Assembly: GCA_020444505.1 (NCBI GenBank)
Contig: JAHLKU010000006.1
Coordinates: 3,254-67,253, forward strand
Source of the DNA: Actinomycetota bacterium
GTDB taxonomy: Bacteria > Actinomycetota > Acidimicrobiia > Spongiisociales > UBA11373
DNA: 64,000 nucleotides
Reading direction: 5' to 3'
Shown here one piece after another: positions 49,030-58,427 of this stretch. Made by a program: the position numbers and the translations under genes. The notes under the pieces were generated by a model, which was not told the DNA's origin, searched no databases, and worked only from the letters and a program-made list of their open reading frames with translations. Each line of letters starts with the position of its first letter. Position 1 is the stretch's first letter.

Positions 49030-50414
49030 AGGTCCTCTCTTCCCAGCAGACCGATCGGCGGGGCGCCGTGCGACAGGATCTCGTCGTGCGAGAGGCCCCC
49101 TTCAACGCACGCAGCGATCCGGCGGCGGCCCAGCGCCGCACTCCACCGCCACGGGTCGGCGGCGCAGGCGTCCGCCTCGGCGGCTGCAGCCGGCTCTCCC
49201 AGCCCGGCCCTCGCCGCCAGCCTGCGGGCCGCGTCGCCCACCGGCAGCCGGTCGGCGTGGATCTCCACCACCGCCAGCAGCCGGGCGTCGTCGAGCACCC
49301 GGAGCGGGTCCGGCCCGGCGAGGCCGGCGGCGTAGGCGGCCCACCCCGCGGTGAAGGCCGGCGATGCGGTGCGGCGCAGCGGCTCCGACGGGGCAGCGGA
49401 GTGGTGGAGCGCCTGCAGCGCGCGGCCGGGGAACACCTCCCGCGCCAGCAGCGCCCGCAACGCCGCCGGGCTCGCCGCGGCGCCGGGCCGCACCCCGCAG
49501 CGGACGGTGCGCTCGCCCTCCTCCAACGGGCCCGGCACGTCCACCGCCACCACCCGCCCCTCCGGGAGCGGCTCCTCCTCTGCCCGCACCCCTGCGCCGG
49601 GGGGAAGGGGCGCCACGGCACCGGCGGCGGACTCCAGGGCGGCGAGCAGGCCCCGCACCTCCTCCACGGTCACCGGATGCTCCTCGGCGGGCGCCGCCGC
49701 CACCGGATCCCCCACCCCGGCCCGCACCTCGCCCACCTCGATGCCCAGCGCCTCGCCGTCGGTCAGCATCGCCTGCAGGGCGGGCTCCCCCAGCGCCGCC
49801 TCCGGCAGTGCCGACGGCAGCGCCTCCTCCAGGCGGGCCCAGTACGAACCGAGCGCGGCGGCGGCGCGCTGCGCAGACTCCACCAGCGCCGCCGCTGCCG
49901 CACGGTCCTCGGCACCGCGCACCCGCGCCGGCAGGCCGTGCTCCAGCCACCAGGCGGCCTCGCCGACCCGGCGGACCGCACGGCGCAGCACCGGGGCCGG
50001 GACCCCGTCGACCGGAGCGTCGAGCACCTCCGGTGCCGCGTCCAGCAGGGCGGCCGCCGCCTCCGCCCGGTGCCCGAACGGGGCGTAGGGGCGGGCCAGG
50101 TAGGGGCGCACGTCGAACGGCGCCGCGGACGACCACGGGTCGCGTCGTCGAGGCCCTCCCGGGCCCCAGTCGAAAAGGGCACGGTCGGCGGCGGCGCGGA
50201 GCACCAGGGCGTCGAAGGCGGCGGCGGGATCGAGCCCCGCCGGCGGCGCGAGGCGGTCCCCCAGCAGCCGGAGCCGGCCCAGCCGCGCGTCGAGCGCCTC
50301 CTCACCGGGCTCGGGCACCGTGCCGTCGTAGTGGTGCATCCCGAACGCCACCGCCGACGAGGGCTCCAGACCCCACAGCGCAGCGCTCACCCCGTCGGCG
50401 ACCCGGTCGAACAT
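49026..50414 (-). CDS. DUF885-like protein, degenerate
   Basis: PSSAVAFGMHHYDG N-terminus; REVFPGRALQ and AGWAAYA at the positions of HExxPGH and EGWAxY. Confidence 0.65.
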   Translation of the reverse strand: MFDRVADGVSAALWGLEPSSAVAFGMHHYDGTVPEPGEEALDARLGRLRLLGDRLAPPAGLDPAAAFDALVLRAAADRALFDWGPGGPRRRDPWSSAAPFDVRPYLARPYAPFGHRAEAAAALLDAAPEVLDAPVDGVPAPVLRRAVRRVGEAAWWLEHGLPARVRGAEDRAAAAALVESAQRAAAALGSYWARLEEALPSALPEAALGEPALQAMLTDGEALGIEVGEVRAGVGDPVAAAPAEEHPVTVEEVRGLLAALESAAGAVAPLPPGAGVRAEEEPLPEGRVVAVDVPGPLEEGERTVRCGVRPGAAASPAALRALLAREVFPGRALQALHHSAAPSEPLRRTASPAFTAGWAAYAAGLAGPDPLRVLDDARLLAVVEIHADRLPVGDAARRLAARAGLGEPAAAAEADACAADPWRWSAALGRRRIAACVEGGLSHDEILSHGAPPIGLLGREDL

Positions 50415-50446
50415 GAGCCGAGGCTACCCGGCAGGGTGGCTCCGCC

Positions 50447-52207
50447 TCAGCGGAGGATCCCCCGCTCCCACACCGCCACGAGCCGGGCGTAGCCGGGGTG
50501 GCTCACGGCGAGTTCGGCGTGGGGGCCGACCGCCGTGATGCGGCCCTGGTCCATCATCACCACCCGGTCGGCGCCCTCGGCGGTGCGGAGCCGGTGGGCG
50601 ATGACCACTGCGGTCCGCCCGGCGAGCACGGTCGCCAGCGCCCGCTCCACCCGCACCTCGGTCTCGGGGTCGAGGTTCGAGGTGGCCTCGTCGAGCACGA
50701 TCACGCCCGGGCCGGCCAGCAACGCCCTCCCCAGCGCCACCAGTTGGCGCTCCCCCGCCGAGAACCGGCTGCCCCGCTCCCGCACCAGGGTGTCGAGCCG
50801 TTCCGGCAGCGCCCGCACCCACGGCTCGATCCCCACCTCGCGGCACACTTCCCACACCTCGCCGTCGGTGGCGTCGGGGCGGGCGTAGCGGAGGTTGTCG
50901 CGCAGCGTGCCGTTGAAGAGGAACCCCTCCTGGGGGATCAGCACCACCCTGCGGGCCCGCTCTGCGGCGGTGATGGTGCGCAGGTCGACGCCGTCCACCA
51001 CCACCCTCCCCTCGGTGGGGTCGTAGAAGCGCAGGACGAGGCGCGCCAGCGTCGACTTGCCGGCGCCGGTCTCCCCGACGATGGCCACTCGCTCGCCGGG
51101 CGCCACCACCAGGTCCACGCCCTCCACCACCGGGAGGCCGGGCACGTAGGCGAACGTGACGCCCTCCAGCCGCACCTCCCCCCGCACCTCGTCCGGCCAC
51201 GACGCCGGCGCCTCCGGGTCCTGCACGGTGGGCGGCGTGTCGAGCAGGCGGAACAGCTTGCCGAACGCCGCCGCCGCCGACTGCATCTGGTTGTAGGTGT
51301 TGGAGAGATTGATGATCGGCTGGAAGAACCAGTCGAGGTACAACAGCATCACGACCAGCGACCCGAACGACATCTGCCCGTCCAGCACCCGGCGCCCGCC
51401 GAGCAGCAGCACCAGGCCGATGCCGACGGCCCGCAGGAACGCCACCCCGGGGAAGTACCAGGCGACCGCCCGGGCGGCCCGCATGTTGGCTTCGAAGTAG
51501 CGCTCGTTGACCCTGCCGAAGGCGCCCGCCTGCTGCTCCTCCTGGGTGAAGGCCTGCACCACCCGGACGCCGGTGATCCCCTCCTGCAGCGTGGCCAGCA
51601 CCCGCCCGATCTGCTCCCGCACCTCGCGGTAGGCCCTCCCGGCGAAGCGCTGGAACACCCAGGAGATGGCGATCACCGCCGTGATGAGGACGAACACCTC
51701 CAGGGCCAGCGAGGCGTCCACCAGCAGCATCGCCACCGACACCCCGATCAGGGTGAGCAGGTTGATGGCGAGGCTCACCGCTCCCTCCTCGGCGAACTCC
51801 TGGATCGACTCGATGTCGTTGGTCATGCGGCTGACCAGCACCCCGGCCTTCGATCTCCCGAAGAAGGCCATGTCGAGCTCCATGAGATGCCGGAAGACGG
51901 CGCTCCGCAATCGCCGCAGGTACTGCTCGCCCACCCACGCCACCGCGTACTGGGCGGTGCGCTGCGACGCGTACTGCAGCACCATCAGCCCCAGGTACAC
52001 CAGGGCGGCGACGGTCACCACGCCCCGGTCACCGGCACCCATGCCGTCGTCGATGCCCACCCGCACCGCCTGCGGGCCGGCGAGGCGGGCCACCGTCGCC
52101 ACCACCGTCGCCAGCAGCGCGCCGACGGCCGGCCACGCCAGGAACCGGGCCAGGCCGACCGCCCTGCGCAGCAGGCGGCCGGTGCGGCGCTCCTCACGGA
52201 CGGTCAC
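50447..52207 (-). CDS. ABC exporter subunit (TMD+NBD)
   Basis: GETGAGKST, FSAGERQL, VLDEATS, IAHR. Confidence 0.93.
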   Translation of the reverse strand: MTVREERRTGRLLRRAVGLARFLAWPAVGALLATVVATVARLAGPQAVRVGIDDGMGAGDRGVVTVAALVYLGLMVLQYASQRTAQYAVAWVGEQYLRRLRSAVFRHLMELDMAFFGRSKAGVLVSRMTNDIESIQEFAEEGAVSLAINLLTLIGVSVAMLLVDASLALEVFVLITAVIAISWVFQRFAGRAYREVREQIGRVLATLQEGITGVRVVQAFTQEEQQAGAFGRVNERYFEANMRAARAVAWYFPGVAFLRAVGIGLVLLLGGRRVLDGQMSFGSLVVMLLYLDWFFQPIINLSNTYNQMQSAAAAFGKLFRLLDTPPTVQDPEAPASWPDEVRGEVRLEGVTFAYVPGLPVVEGVDLVVAPGERVAIVGETGAGKSTLARLVLRFYDPTEGRVVVDGVDLRTITAAERARRVVLIPQEGFLFNGTLRDNLRYARPDATDGEVWEVCREVGIEPWVRALPERLDTLVRERGSRFSAGERQLVALGRALLAGPGVIVLDEATSNLDPETEVRVERALATVLAGRTAVVIAHRLRTAEGADRVVMMDQGRITAVGPHAELAVSHPGYARLVAVWERGILR

Positions 52208-53952
52208 GACGCCTCCTCCACCTGGGCGAGCACCTGGGAGTAGCGGGGCACCGTCGTGATCAGCTCGCGATGGGTGCCCACCGCAGCGATGCGGCCGTCC
52301 TCCAGGAACACCACCTGATCCACCAGGTCGAGCGTCGAGGTGCGGTGGGCGATGATGATCGTGGTGCGGCCCACCATGACCCGCTCCAGTGCGGCCAGCA
52401 TCTCGGCCTCGACGATCGCGTCGACCGACGACGTGGCATCGTCCAGGATCAGCACCCGGGGATCGCGCAGCACCGCCCTGGCCAGGGCCACCCGCTGCCG
52501 CTGGCCGCCCGACAGCGAGTGCCCCCGCTCCCCGACCACGGTGTCGTACCCGTCGGGCAGCGCGGCGATGAAGTCGTGGGCCTGGGCGAGGCGGGCGGCC
52601 AGGCGGATCTGGTGGTCGGAGGCATCGACGTCGCCGAAGGCGATGTTGTCGCGAACCGACGCCGAGAACAGGAACGTCTCCTGGAAGACGACGGCCACCT
52701 CGTTGCGCAGTTCGTCGAGGCGCAGCATCCGGATGTCGGTGCCGTCCAGGGTGATGGCGCCGTGGCCCACGTCGTGGAACCGGGGCACGAGGTGTGCCAG
52801 CGTGGTCTTGCCGGCGCCGGTGCCGCCGACCAGCGCCACCGACCCGCCCCCGGGGATGACCAGGTCGATGCCGTCGAGCACCGGGGGGCTGTCCGGGTAG
52901 CCGAATCGGACATCGTGGAATCGCACCTCACCGGGCCCGGGCCGGAGGGTCTCGGCGGGATCCGGGTCGGCGATGGCGGGCGCGGTCGCCAGCAGGGCCT
53001 GGATGCGGGAGGCGGCCGCCCCGGCCCGAGGCAACTGGGCGAAGAACCACCCGGTCAGCCGGAGCGGGAAGTTCAGGACGGCCAGGTACTGCGTGAACGA
53101 GACGAACTCGCCGAGGGACAGGCTGCCGTCGATGACCCGCATGCCGCCCAGCCACAGGACGGCCAGGTTGGCGATGGTGGGGATCATCTCGAACGCCGGC
53201 TGATAGGCCGCCCGGATCCACGCCAGGCGCACCGCCCGCCCGTAGATGCGCGCGGCCGCGCGGTCGAGCCGCGCCTGCTCCTGGGGCTCCTGCCCGTACG
53301 ACTTGATCACCTGGACGCCCCCGACGGCCTCCTCCACCACCCGGGTCAGGTCGGCGAGCCGCTGCTGCACCTCGAAGGAGAGGCCGATGACCCGCCCGGC
53401 GTAGCGCCGCGACGCCAGCAGCAGGATGGGCACGGTCAGCGACGACACCAGGCCGAGCACCGGGTCGAGCACGATCAGCACGGTCACCACGGACAGGAAC
53501 ATGCCGATGTTGGCCACCGTGATGGGGAGCATCGCGAACACCAGCCGCATCTGCGACAGGTCGCTCGACGCACGGGCCATCAACTCGCCGGTGCTGGTGA
53601 CGTCGTGGAAGGAGAAGGCGAGCCGCTGGATGTGCTCGAACATGCGGTTCCGCAGGTCGGCCTCGGCGCGGTACGACAGCTTGAACCCGAAGTAGCGGCG
53701 CACGCCGATGCCGACGCCGAGCAGCAGCCCTGCCCCCAGCACCAGCGTCACGCCCGGCACCAGCCGGTCCCGGTCCCCGGCGGCGATGGCGACGTCCACC
53801 ACCCTGCCCACCAGGTACGGCACCGTCACCACCATCGCCATCCACAGCAGCGCCCCGCCCACCGCAGGCACCAGGGCGGCGCGGTAGCCCACCAGCGTCC
53901 GGCGCATCAACCCGAGGCCGGATCGCAGCTCGCCGTCGTTGGCGTCGCTCAC
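52204..53952 (-). CDS. ABC exporter subunit (TMD+NBD), heterodimer partner
   Basis: GGTGAGKTT, LSGGQRQR, ILDDATS (degenerate Walker B), IAHR. Confidence 0.93.
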   Translation of the reverse strand: MSDANDGELRSGLGLMRRTLVGYRAALVPAVGGALLWMAMVVTVPYLVGRVVDVAIAAGDRDRLVPGVTLVLGAGLLLGVGIGVRRYFGFKLSYRAEADLRNRMFEHIQRLAFSFHDVTSTGELMARASSDLSQMRLVFAMLPITVANIGMFLSVVTVLIVLDPVLGLVSSLTVPILLLASRRYAGRVIGLSFEVQQRLADLTRVVEEAVGGVQVIKSYGQEPQEQARLDRAAARIYGRAVRLAWIRAAYQPAFEMIPTIANLAVLWLGGMRVIDGSLSLGEFVSFTQYLAVLNFPLRLTGWFFAQLPRAGAAASRIQALLATAPAIADPDPAETLRPGPGEVRFHDVRFGYPDSPPVLDGIDLVIPGGGSVALVGGTGAGKTTLAHLVPRFHDVGHGAITLDGTDIRMLRLDELRNEVAVVFQETFLFSASVRDNIAFGDVDASDHQIRLAARLAQAHDFIAALPDGYDTVVGERGHSLSGGQRQRVALARAVLRDPRVLILDDATSSVDAIVEAEMLAALERVMVGRTTIIIAHRTSTLDLVDQVVFLEDGRIAAVGTHRELITTVPRYSQVLAQVEEAS

Positions 53953-54803
53953 GCCGAGGCCTCCCCGTTGCGGGACGCCCGCCAGCGCAGGGTGTACGCC
54001 ACCACCATCGCCCCGGCGAGGATGGCGGCGGCGCCCAGGTAGAGCCACACCAGCGCCAGGGCGACCGCCCCGAGCACGCCGAAGGTGGCGCCGAGCACCG
54101 GGGTGGCCCCCAGGTACAGCCCGAAGGCGAGGCTGGCCAGCAGCACCCCGCCGGTCCCCACGGCGGCGGCCAGCCACGGCTTGGGCAGCGGCTCCGGCGG
54201 GCCCCAGCGGTAGAACGCCAGCAGGAAGGCGAACAGGCCCCCGGCGACGATCGGCAGCCGCACCCACGCCCACAGCACGTCGAGCCATCCCGCCCCGGTC
54301 AGCTCCTCCAGGAACCCGACCAGGGCCTTGCCCGCCAGCAGCAGCGCCGACGCCAGCAGCAGCACGGCGCCGCCCCCGATCGTCAGCCCCACCGCCACCA
54401 GCCGCATCTGCACCAGCGGCCGCCGGTCGGTCCGGTTCTCCACGGCGGCCAGGGCCTTCTGCAGCGCGGCGATGGCGCGGGAGCCGAGGAACAGGGCGAG
54501 CAGCACCGAGAGGGCGATGACCCACCACTGCATGCCGCCGAGCCGGGCCTCGGCGTCCACGAGCACCTGGATGATGAACTCACGGACCGGCCCGGGCACC
54601 AGCGGGGCCAGCGTCGAGTCGACCCTGGCCAGGGCGGCGTCCGACTCGCCGATGAACGAGGCCGCCCCCAACAGTGCCAGCCCAAGCGGCACCATGGCCA
54701 GGAAGGCGTTGTAGGCGACGGCGGCGGCGTTGATGCCCAGGTCCGCCTCGCGGAAGCGGGCCACGAGGCCCGCGAGCAGGTCCCTGGCCGGTCCGGCGCG
54801 CAT
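53949..54803 (-). CDS. YihY/BrkB family membrane protein
   Basis: AAAVAYNAFLAMVP, FGVLGAVALALVWLY. Confidence 0.88.
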   Translation of the reverse strand: MRAGPARDLLAGLVARFREADLGINAAAVAYNAFLAMVPLGLALLGAASFIGESDAALARVDSTLAPLVPGPVREFIIQVLVDAEARLGGMQWWVIALSVLLALFLGSRAIAALQKALAAVENRTDRRPLVQMRLVAVGLTIGGGAVLLLASALLLAGKALVGFLEELTGAGWLDVLWAWVRLPIVAGGLFAFLLAFYRWGPPEPLPKPWLAAAVGTGGVLLASLAFGLYLGATPVLGATFGVLGAVALALVWLYLGAAAILAGAMVVAYTLRWRASRNGEASA

Positions 54804-54834
54804 GGGCAGGAGGATAGGGCCGCCCCGGGCCTGC

Positions 54835-55110
54835 TCAGCGGGGCCGGAGACCCTCGAGATCGAGGTCGATCACGAGGGGACACTCCCCCGGGCCGGTGCA
54901 CGACGACCCGCAGGCCCCGCCGGCGGCACACCCGCCGGGCGGCTCTCCGGCGCCGCCGCCGGTGTCGGGGGCGAGGCGGCCCGCAGCGCGGAGGGCGTCG
55001 AGCACCGAGCGCACCTCCGGCACCCGGAGCCCGGTGCGGTCGGCCAGTTCGAGCGCGGTGAGCGGCCGCCCTGCGTCCTCGACGGCGCGGAGCACGGGCC
55101 CCAGGCTCAT
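54835..55110 (-). CDS. feoC: FeoC-like winged-helix protein
   Basis: wHTH followed by Cys cluster CAAGGACGSSC...CP; directly after feoB. Confidence 0.75.
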   Translation of the reverse strand: MSLGPVLRAVEDAGRPLTALELADRTGLRVPEVRSVLDALRAAGRLAPDTGGGAGEPPGGCAAGGACGSSCTGPGECPLVIDLDLEGLRPR

Positions 55111-57296
55111 CCGAGCCCCAGCAGCCGGCCGCCCTGGAACACCAGGACCGCCATCAACCACGCGATGCCCAGCTGCCCGAGCACCGACACCAGCATCCAC
55201 CGGGACCCGAACTCGTGGCGGAACGCCGCGACCGCCGCCATGCACGGGGTGTAGAGCAGCACGAAGACCATGAACGCCAGCGCCGCCAGGGCGCCGTGCC
55301 CGCCGCTGGCCTGCTCGAACGACGCCCGGATCCGCCCGTCCACCGCATCGGTGGTGCCGTCGTCGACGTCGGTGAAGTCGAGCCCGACGAGACCGGGGAT
55401 CGACTTCACCGTGCCCCACGCGGCATCCAGGAAGCCCGAGCCGATCTCGGCGAGGTCGTCGGCGAAGCCCGGGGCGGGCCCGTCCGGCTCGCCGCTGCCG
55501 CCGTACAACTGGCTCATCGTGCTGACGACCACTTCCTTGGCCACGAAGCCCGACATCAGCGCGCCGGTCTGCTCCCACGCTCCCATCCCGGCGGGCTCCA
55601 GCAGGGGCGACACGGCGCCGGCGACGGCGCCGAAGGCGCTGTCCTCCACCTCGGTGTCCCCGAACGATCCCCCGCCGACGGGGATGGCCAGCAGCAGCCA
55701 CACGGCGACGCTGGCGCCGAGGATCATCGTCCCGGCGCCCTGGATGAACGCCCACGTCCGCTGCTTCACCAGTGTCCAGACGGTCCGCACGTTGGGCAGG
55801 CGGTAATCGGGCAGCACCATGACGAACGGGGCCGGATCGTCGTCGCGGAGCACCGTCCTCCCCATCACCAGGCCCACCAGGATCGCGACCACCACCCCCA
55901 GCAGGTACATGGCGAACACCACCGACCCGCTGTGGGCGGCGAAGAAGATCGACGCCAGCAGCACGTAGACCGGCAGGCGGGCGCTGCAGGACATGAACGG
56001 CACCATCAACCCGGTCAGCAGCCGGTCGCGGTGGCTGTCGAGCGTCCTGGTGGCGTAGATGGCCGGCACCGTGCAGCCGAACCCCACCATCATCGGCAGG
56101 AACGCCTTGCCCGGGATGCCGACGGCGCGCATCGCCCGATCCATCACCAGCGCCGCCCGGGCCATGTACCCGGAGTCCTCCAGCACCGCCAGCGTCAGGT
56201 ACAGCCCGAACAGCACCGGCACGAACGCCAGCACCCCGCCGACCCCGGCCAGCACGCCGTCGACCACCAGGCCCTCGACCCACCCACCGCCGAGCCCGGA
56301 GGCGCCCAGCCCGGCGGCTGCCCACCGGCTAAGGGGGCCGGAGACGACCGCGTCCACCCAGTCGAGGAACGGCGCCGTGACGTCGGTGGTGATCTTCAGC
56401 ACCAGCCACATGACGGCCAGGAAGGCGGGCAGGCCGAGCCAGCGGTGAGTGAGCACCCGGTCGAGGCGCTGCGACCACAGCGAGCCCCGCCCGGCGCCCG
56501 CCGACTGCTCGGCCACCCGGTGCACCCACACGTGGCGGCGCTCGGCCACGGCGAGCCCGGCGTCGAGGCCGGTGTCGTCGGCGATGCCGTCCGCGGCCCT
56601 GGCCGCCGCCTCGAGCACCGCTGCACCGCCGGCGAGGGCCGCCACCCGCTCGTGCACCGTCTCCTCGCCGGCCACCAGCTGCACGGCCAGCCAGTGGGCG
56701 GGCGCGAGCGCCGCCACCTCGGCGTTCTCCACGACCTCCGCCACCACCGTGGACAGGTACCGCTCGATGACGGGGCCGTAGTCCACCACCAGGGGCTGGA
56801 CCCCGGGGCGGGAGAGGGCGGCGGCCGCCGCGGCCCGCACCTCGCCGACCCCCTCGCCGCGTCGGGCGACGGTCGGCACCACCCGGGTGCGCAGCGCCGC
56901 GCCGAGCCGCTCGTGGTCGACCTCGATGCCGCGCCGCGCCGCCACATCCGACATGTTGCAGGCCACCACCTGACGCAGGCCCAGTTCGGCGATCTGCGCC
57001 ACCAGATGGAGGCTGCGCTCCAGGTTGGCGGCGTCCACCACGGTGATCACCACGTCGGGCCGGTCCAGCAGGAACGACACGGCGATCGACTCCTCGGCGG
57101 ACACCGGCACCAGCCCGTAGATGCCGGGGAGGTCCACCACGGCGAAGCGGTGGCCTCCTTCCTCGAACTCCCCGCTCTGCCGCTCCACCGTCTTGCCCGG
57201 CCAGTTGCCGACGTGCTGGTGCGCCCCGGTCAACTCGTTGAAGAGCGAGGTCTTGCCGATGTTGGGGTTCCCGGCGAGGGCAACGGTGGGCGTCAT
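55107..57296 (-). CDS. feoB: Ferrous iron transporter FeoB
   Basis: GNPNIGKT, GNWPGKTVE, DLPG, EDSGYMAR, GFGCTVP, PFMSCSAR, AKEVVV, YTPC. Confidence 0.97.
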   Translation of the reverse strand: MTPTVALAGNPNIGKTSLFNELTGAHQHVGNWPGKTVERQSGEFEEGGHRFAVVDLPGIYGLVPVSAEESIAVSFLLDRPDVVITVVDAANLERSLHLVAQIAELGLRQVVACNMSDVAARRGIEVDHERLGAALRTRVVPTVARRGEGVGEVRAAAAAALSRPGVQPLVVDYGPVIERYLSTVVAEVVENAEVAALAPAHWLAVQLVAGEETVHERVAALAGGAAVLEAAARAADGIADDTGLDAGLAVAERRHVWVHRVAEQSAGAGRGSLWSQRLDRVLTHRWLGLPAFLAVMWLVLKITTDVTAPFLDWVDAVVSGPLSRWAAAGLGASGLGGGWVEGLVVDGVLAGVGGVLAFVPVLFGLYLTLAVLEDSGYMARAALVMDRAMRAVGIPGKAFLPMMVGFGCTVPAIYATRTLDSHRDRLLTGLMVPFMSCSARLPVYVLLASIFFAAHSGSVVFAMYLLGVVVAILVGLVMGRTVLRDDDPAPFVMVLPDYRLPNVRTVWTLVKQRTWAFIQGAGTMILGASVAVWLLLAIPVGGGSFGDTEVEDSAFGAVAGAVSPLLEPAGMGAWEQTGALMSGFVAKEVVVSTMSQLYGGSGEPDGPAPGFADDLAEIGSGFLDAAWGTVKSIPGLVGLDFTDVDDGTTDAVDGRIRASFEQASGGHGALAALAFMVFVLLYTPCMAAVAAFRHEFGSRWMLVSVLGQLGIAWLMAVLVFQGGRLLGLG

Positions 57297-57625
57297 GCGC
57301 CGCCGTCCTCCGGCTCGATCTCCACCTGGACGGCGGCCGCCACCACGCGGTCCACCGCGACCCGGGTATGGCCCACTTCCACCAGCGCCGGGCCCCGGCT
57401 CCGGTCCACGACGAGGCAGGCGCCGGGCACGATGCCGAGGGCTGCGAGGCGGTGGACCAGGCGCCGCCCGCCGTCCACCCTCACCACCCGCACCCGTGCG
57501 CCGGGCGCCACGGTGGCGATGGTGGCTGCGCCGGAGGCGGCCGCGCCGAGGCGGCCCCGTCCCGCTCCGTGCCGGCGGCGGCCTCCCCGCCGCCCGTGAC
57601 GCCTGCGGGCGCGGCGCTCAGGCAC
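57293..57625 (-). CDS. feoA: FeoA
   Basis: RLAALGIVPG...GPALVEVGHTRVAV; start uncertain (Arg/Gly-rich N-terminus). Confidence 0.85.
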   Translation of the reverse strand: MPERRARRRHGRRGGRRRHGAGRGRLGAAASGAATIATVAPGARVRVVRVDGGRRLVHRLAALGIVPGACLVVDRSRGPALVEVGHTRVAVDRVVAAAVQVEIEPEDGGA

Positions 57626-58325
57626 GGCCGGCGGCCCCCCGGGCACGGACCAGGACCGAGTCGGCGGTCGCCGGGTCCAGGTGCACGTCGCCCTCGGGGC
57701 CGGCCACCAGCACGCCGCGTCGCCCGGTGGCCGCCACCGTCACCACGGCGCCCGGGCCCAGGCCCGATGCGGTGAGGAACTCCCCCGCCCGCCGGCCGGC
57801 CGCGACCGCCACCACCTCGACGACCGTCCCGGCGGGGACTCCCCCCAACGCCTCGGCGCCGGTGTGCGCCTCCGCATCGCCGCCGCCGGGGATCTGGGCG
57901 CCCAACGGCCCGGCCTTCGGGTGCCCCAGGTACTCGTCGAGACGGTCGGCGGTGCCTGCCGCGGTGACGTGCTCCAGGTCGCAGGCGAGGTCGTCGGCCT
58001 GCTGCGGCGTGTAGCCGAGGTGGTCGGCGAGGAATCGCGCCCACAACCGCCGGGTGCGCAGCACCCGGTCGGCGACCCCCTCACCGGTCGCGGTGAGCGA
58101 AGCGCCCTTGTACGGCTCGTAGGAGACCAGGCCCTTCCCGGCGAGCTTGCGGACCATCTCGTTGGCCGATGCGGGCGACACCCCCAGCCGCGACGCCAGC
58201 GGTGCGAGGCCGAGCGGGCCGGCGTGGCCCTCCTCCACGGCGCGGCGGATGGTGATGAGGTACATCTCCTCGCTCTCGCTGGTTTCAGGCGCACCAGCGA
58301 CCTTTGGGACAGAATGTTCTGGCAT
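57618..58325 (-). CDS. DtxR/MntR-family metal-dependent repressor with C-terminal FeoA-like domain
   Basis: EEMYL, SPASANEMVRKL, YEPYKG, ACDLEH. Confidence 0.9.
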   Translation of the reverse strand: MPEHSVPKVAGAPETSESEEMYLITIRRAVEEGHAGPLGLAPLASRLGVSPASANEMVRKLAGKGLVSYEPYKGASLTATGEGVADRVLRTRRLWARFLADHLGYTPQQADDLACDLEHVTAAGTADRLDEYLGHPKAGPLGAQIPGGGDAEAHTGAEALGGVPAGTVVEVVAVAAGRRAGEFLTASGLGPGAVVTVAATGRRGVLVAGPEGDVHLDPATADSVLVRARGAAGRA

Positions 58326-58339
58326 GCCCAAACATTCTG
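58310..58339. promoter_or_regulatory. 30-bp palindrome over the dtxR-like start, putative operator
   Basis: CAGAATGTTCTGGCATGCCCAAACATTCTG matches its reverse complement at 26 of 30 positions. Confidence 0.7.
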
Positions 58340-58427
58340 CCATCGATCGCTCCCGCTCCGCCGGGGCCGAAAGTCCCTACTCCCGCGCACCGGGAGAACC
58401 CCCGCACCCCGGTAGAGTCGCGTCCAC

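Noticed and set aside
50447-53952. Degenerate Walker B (DD) and signature (FSAGE) in the ABC pair
   Set aside because: Normal for heterodimeric exporters with one degenerate ATPase site; neither novel nor a pseudogene
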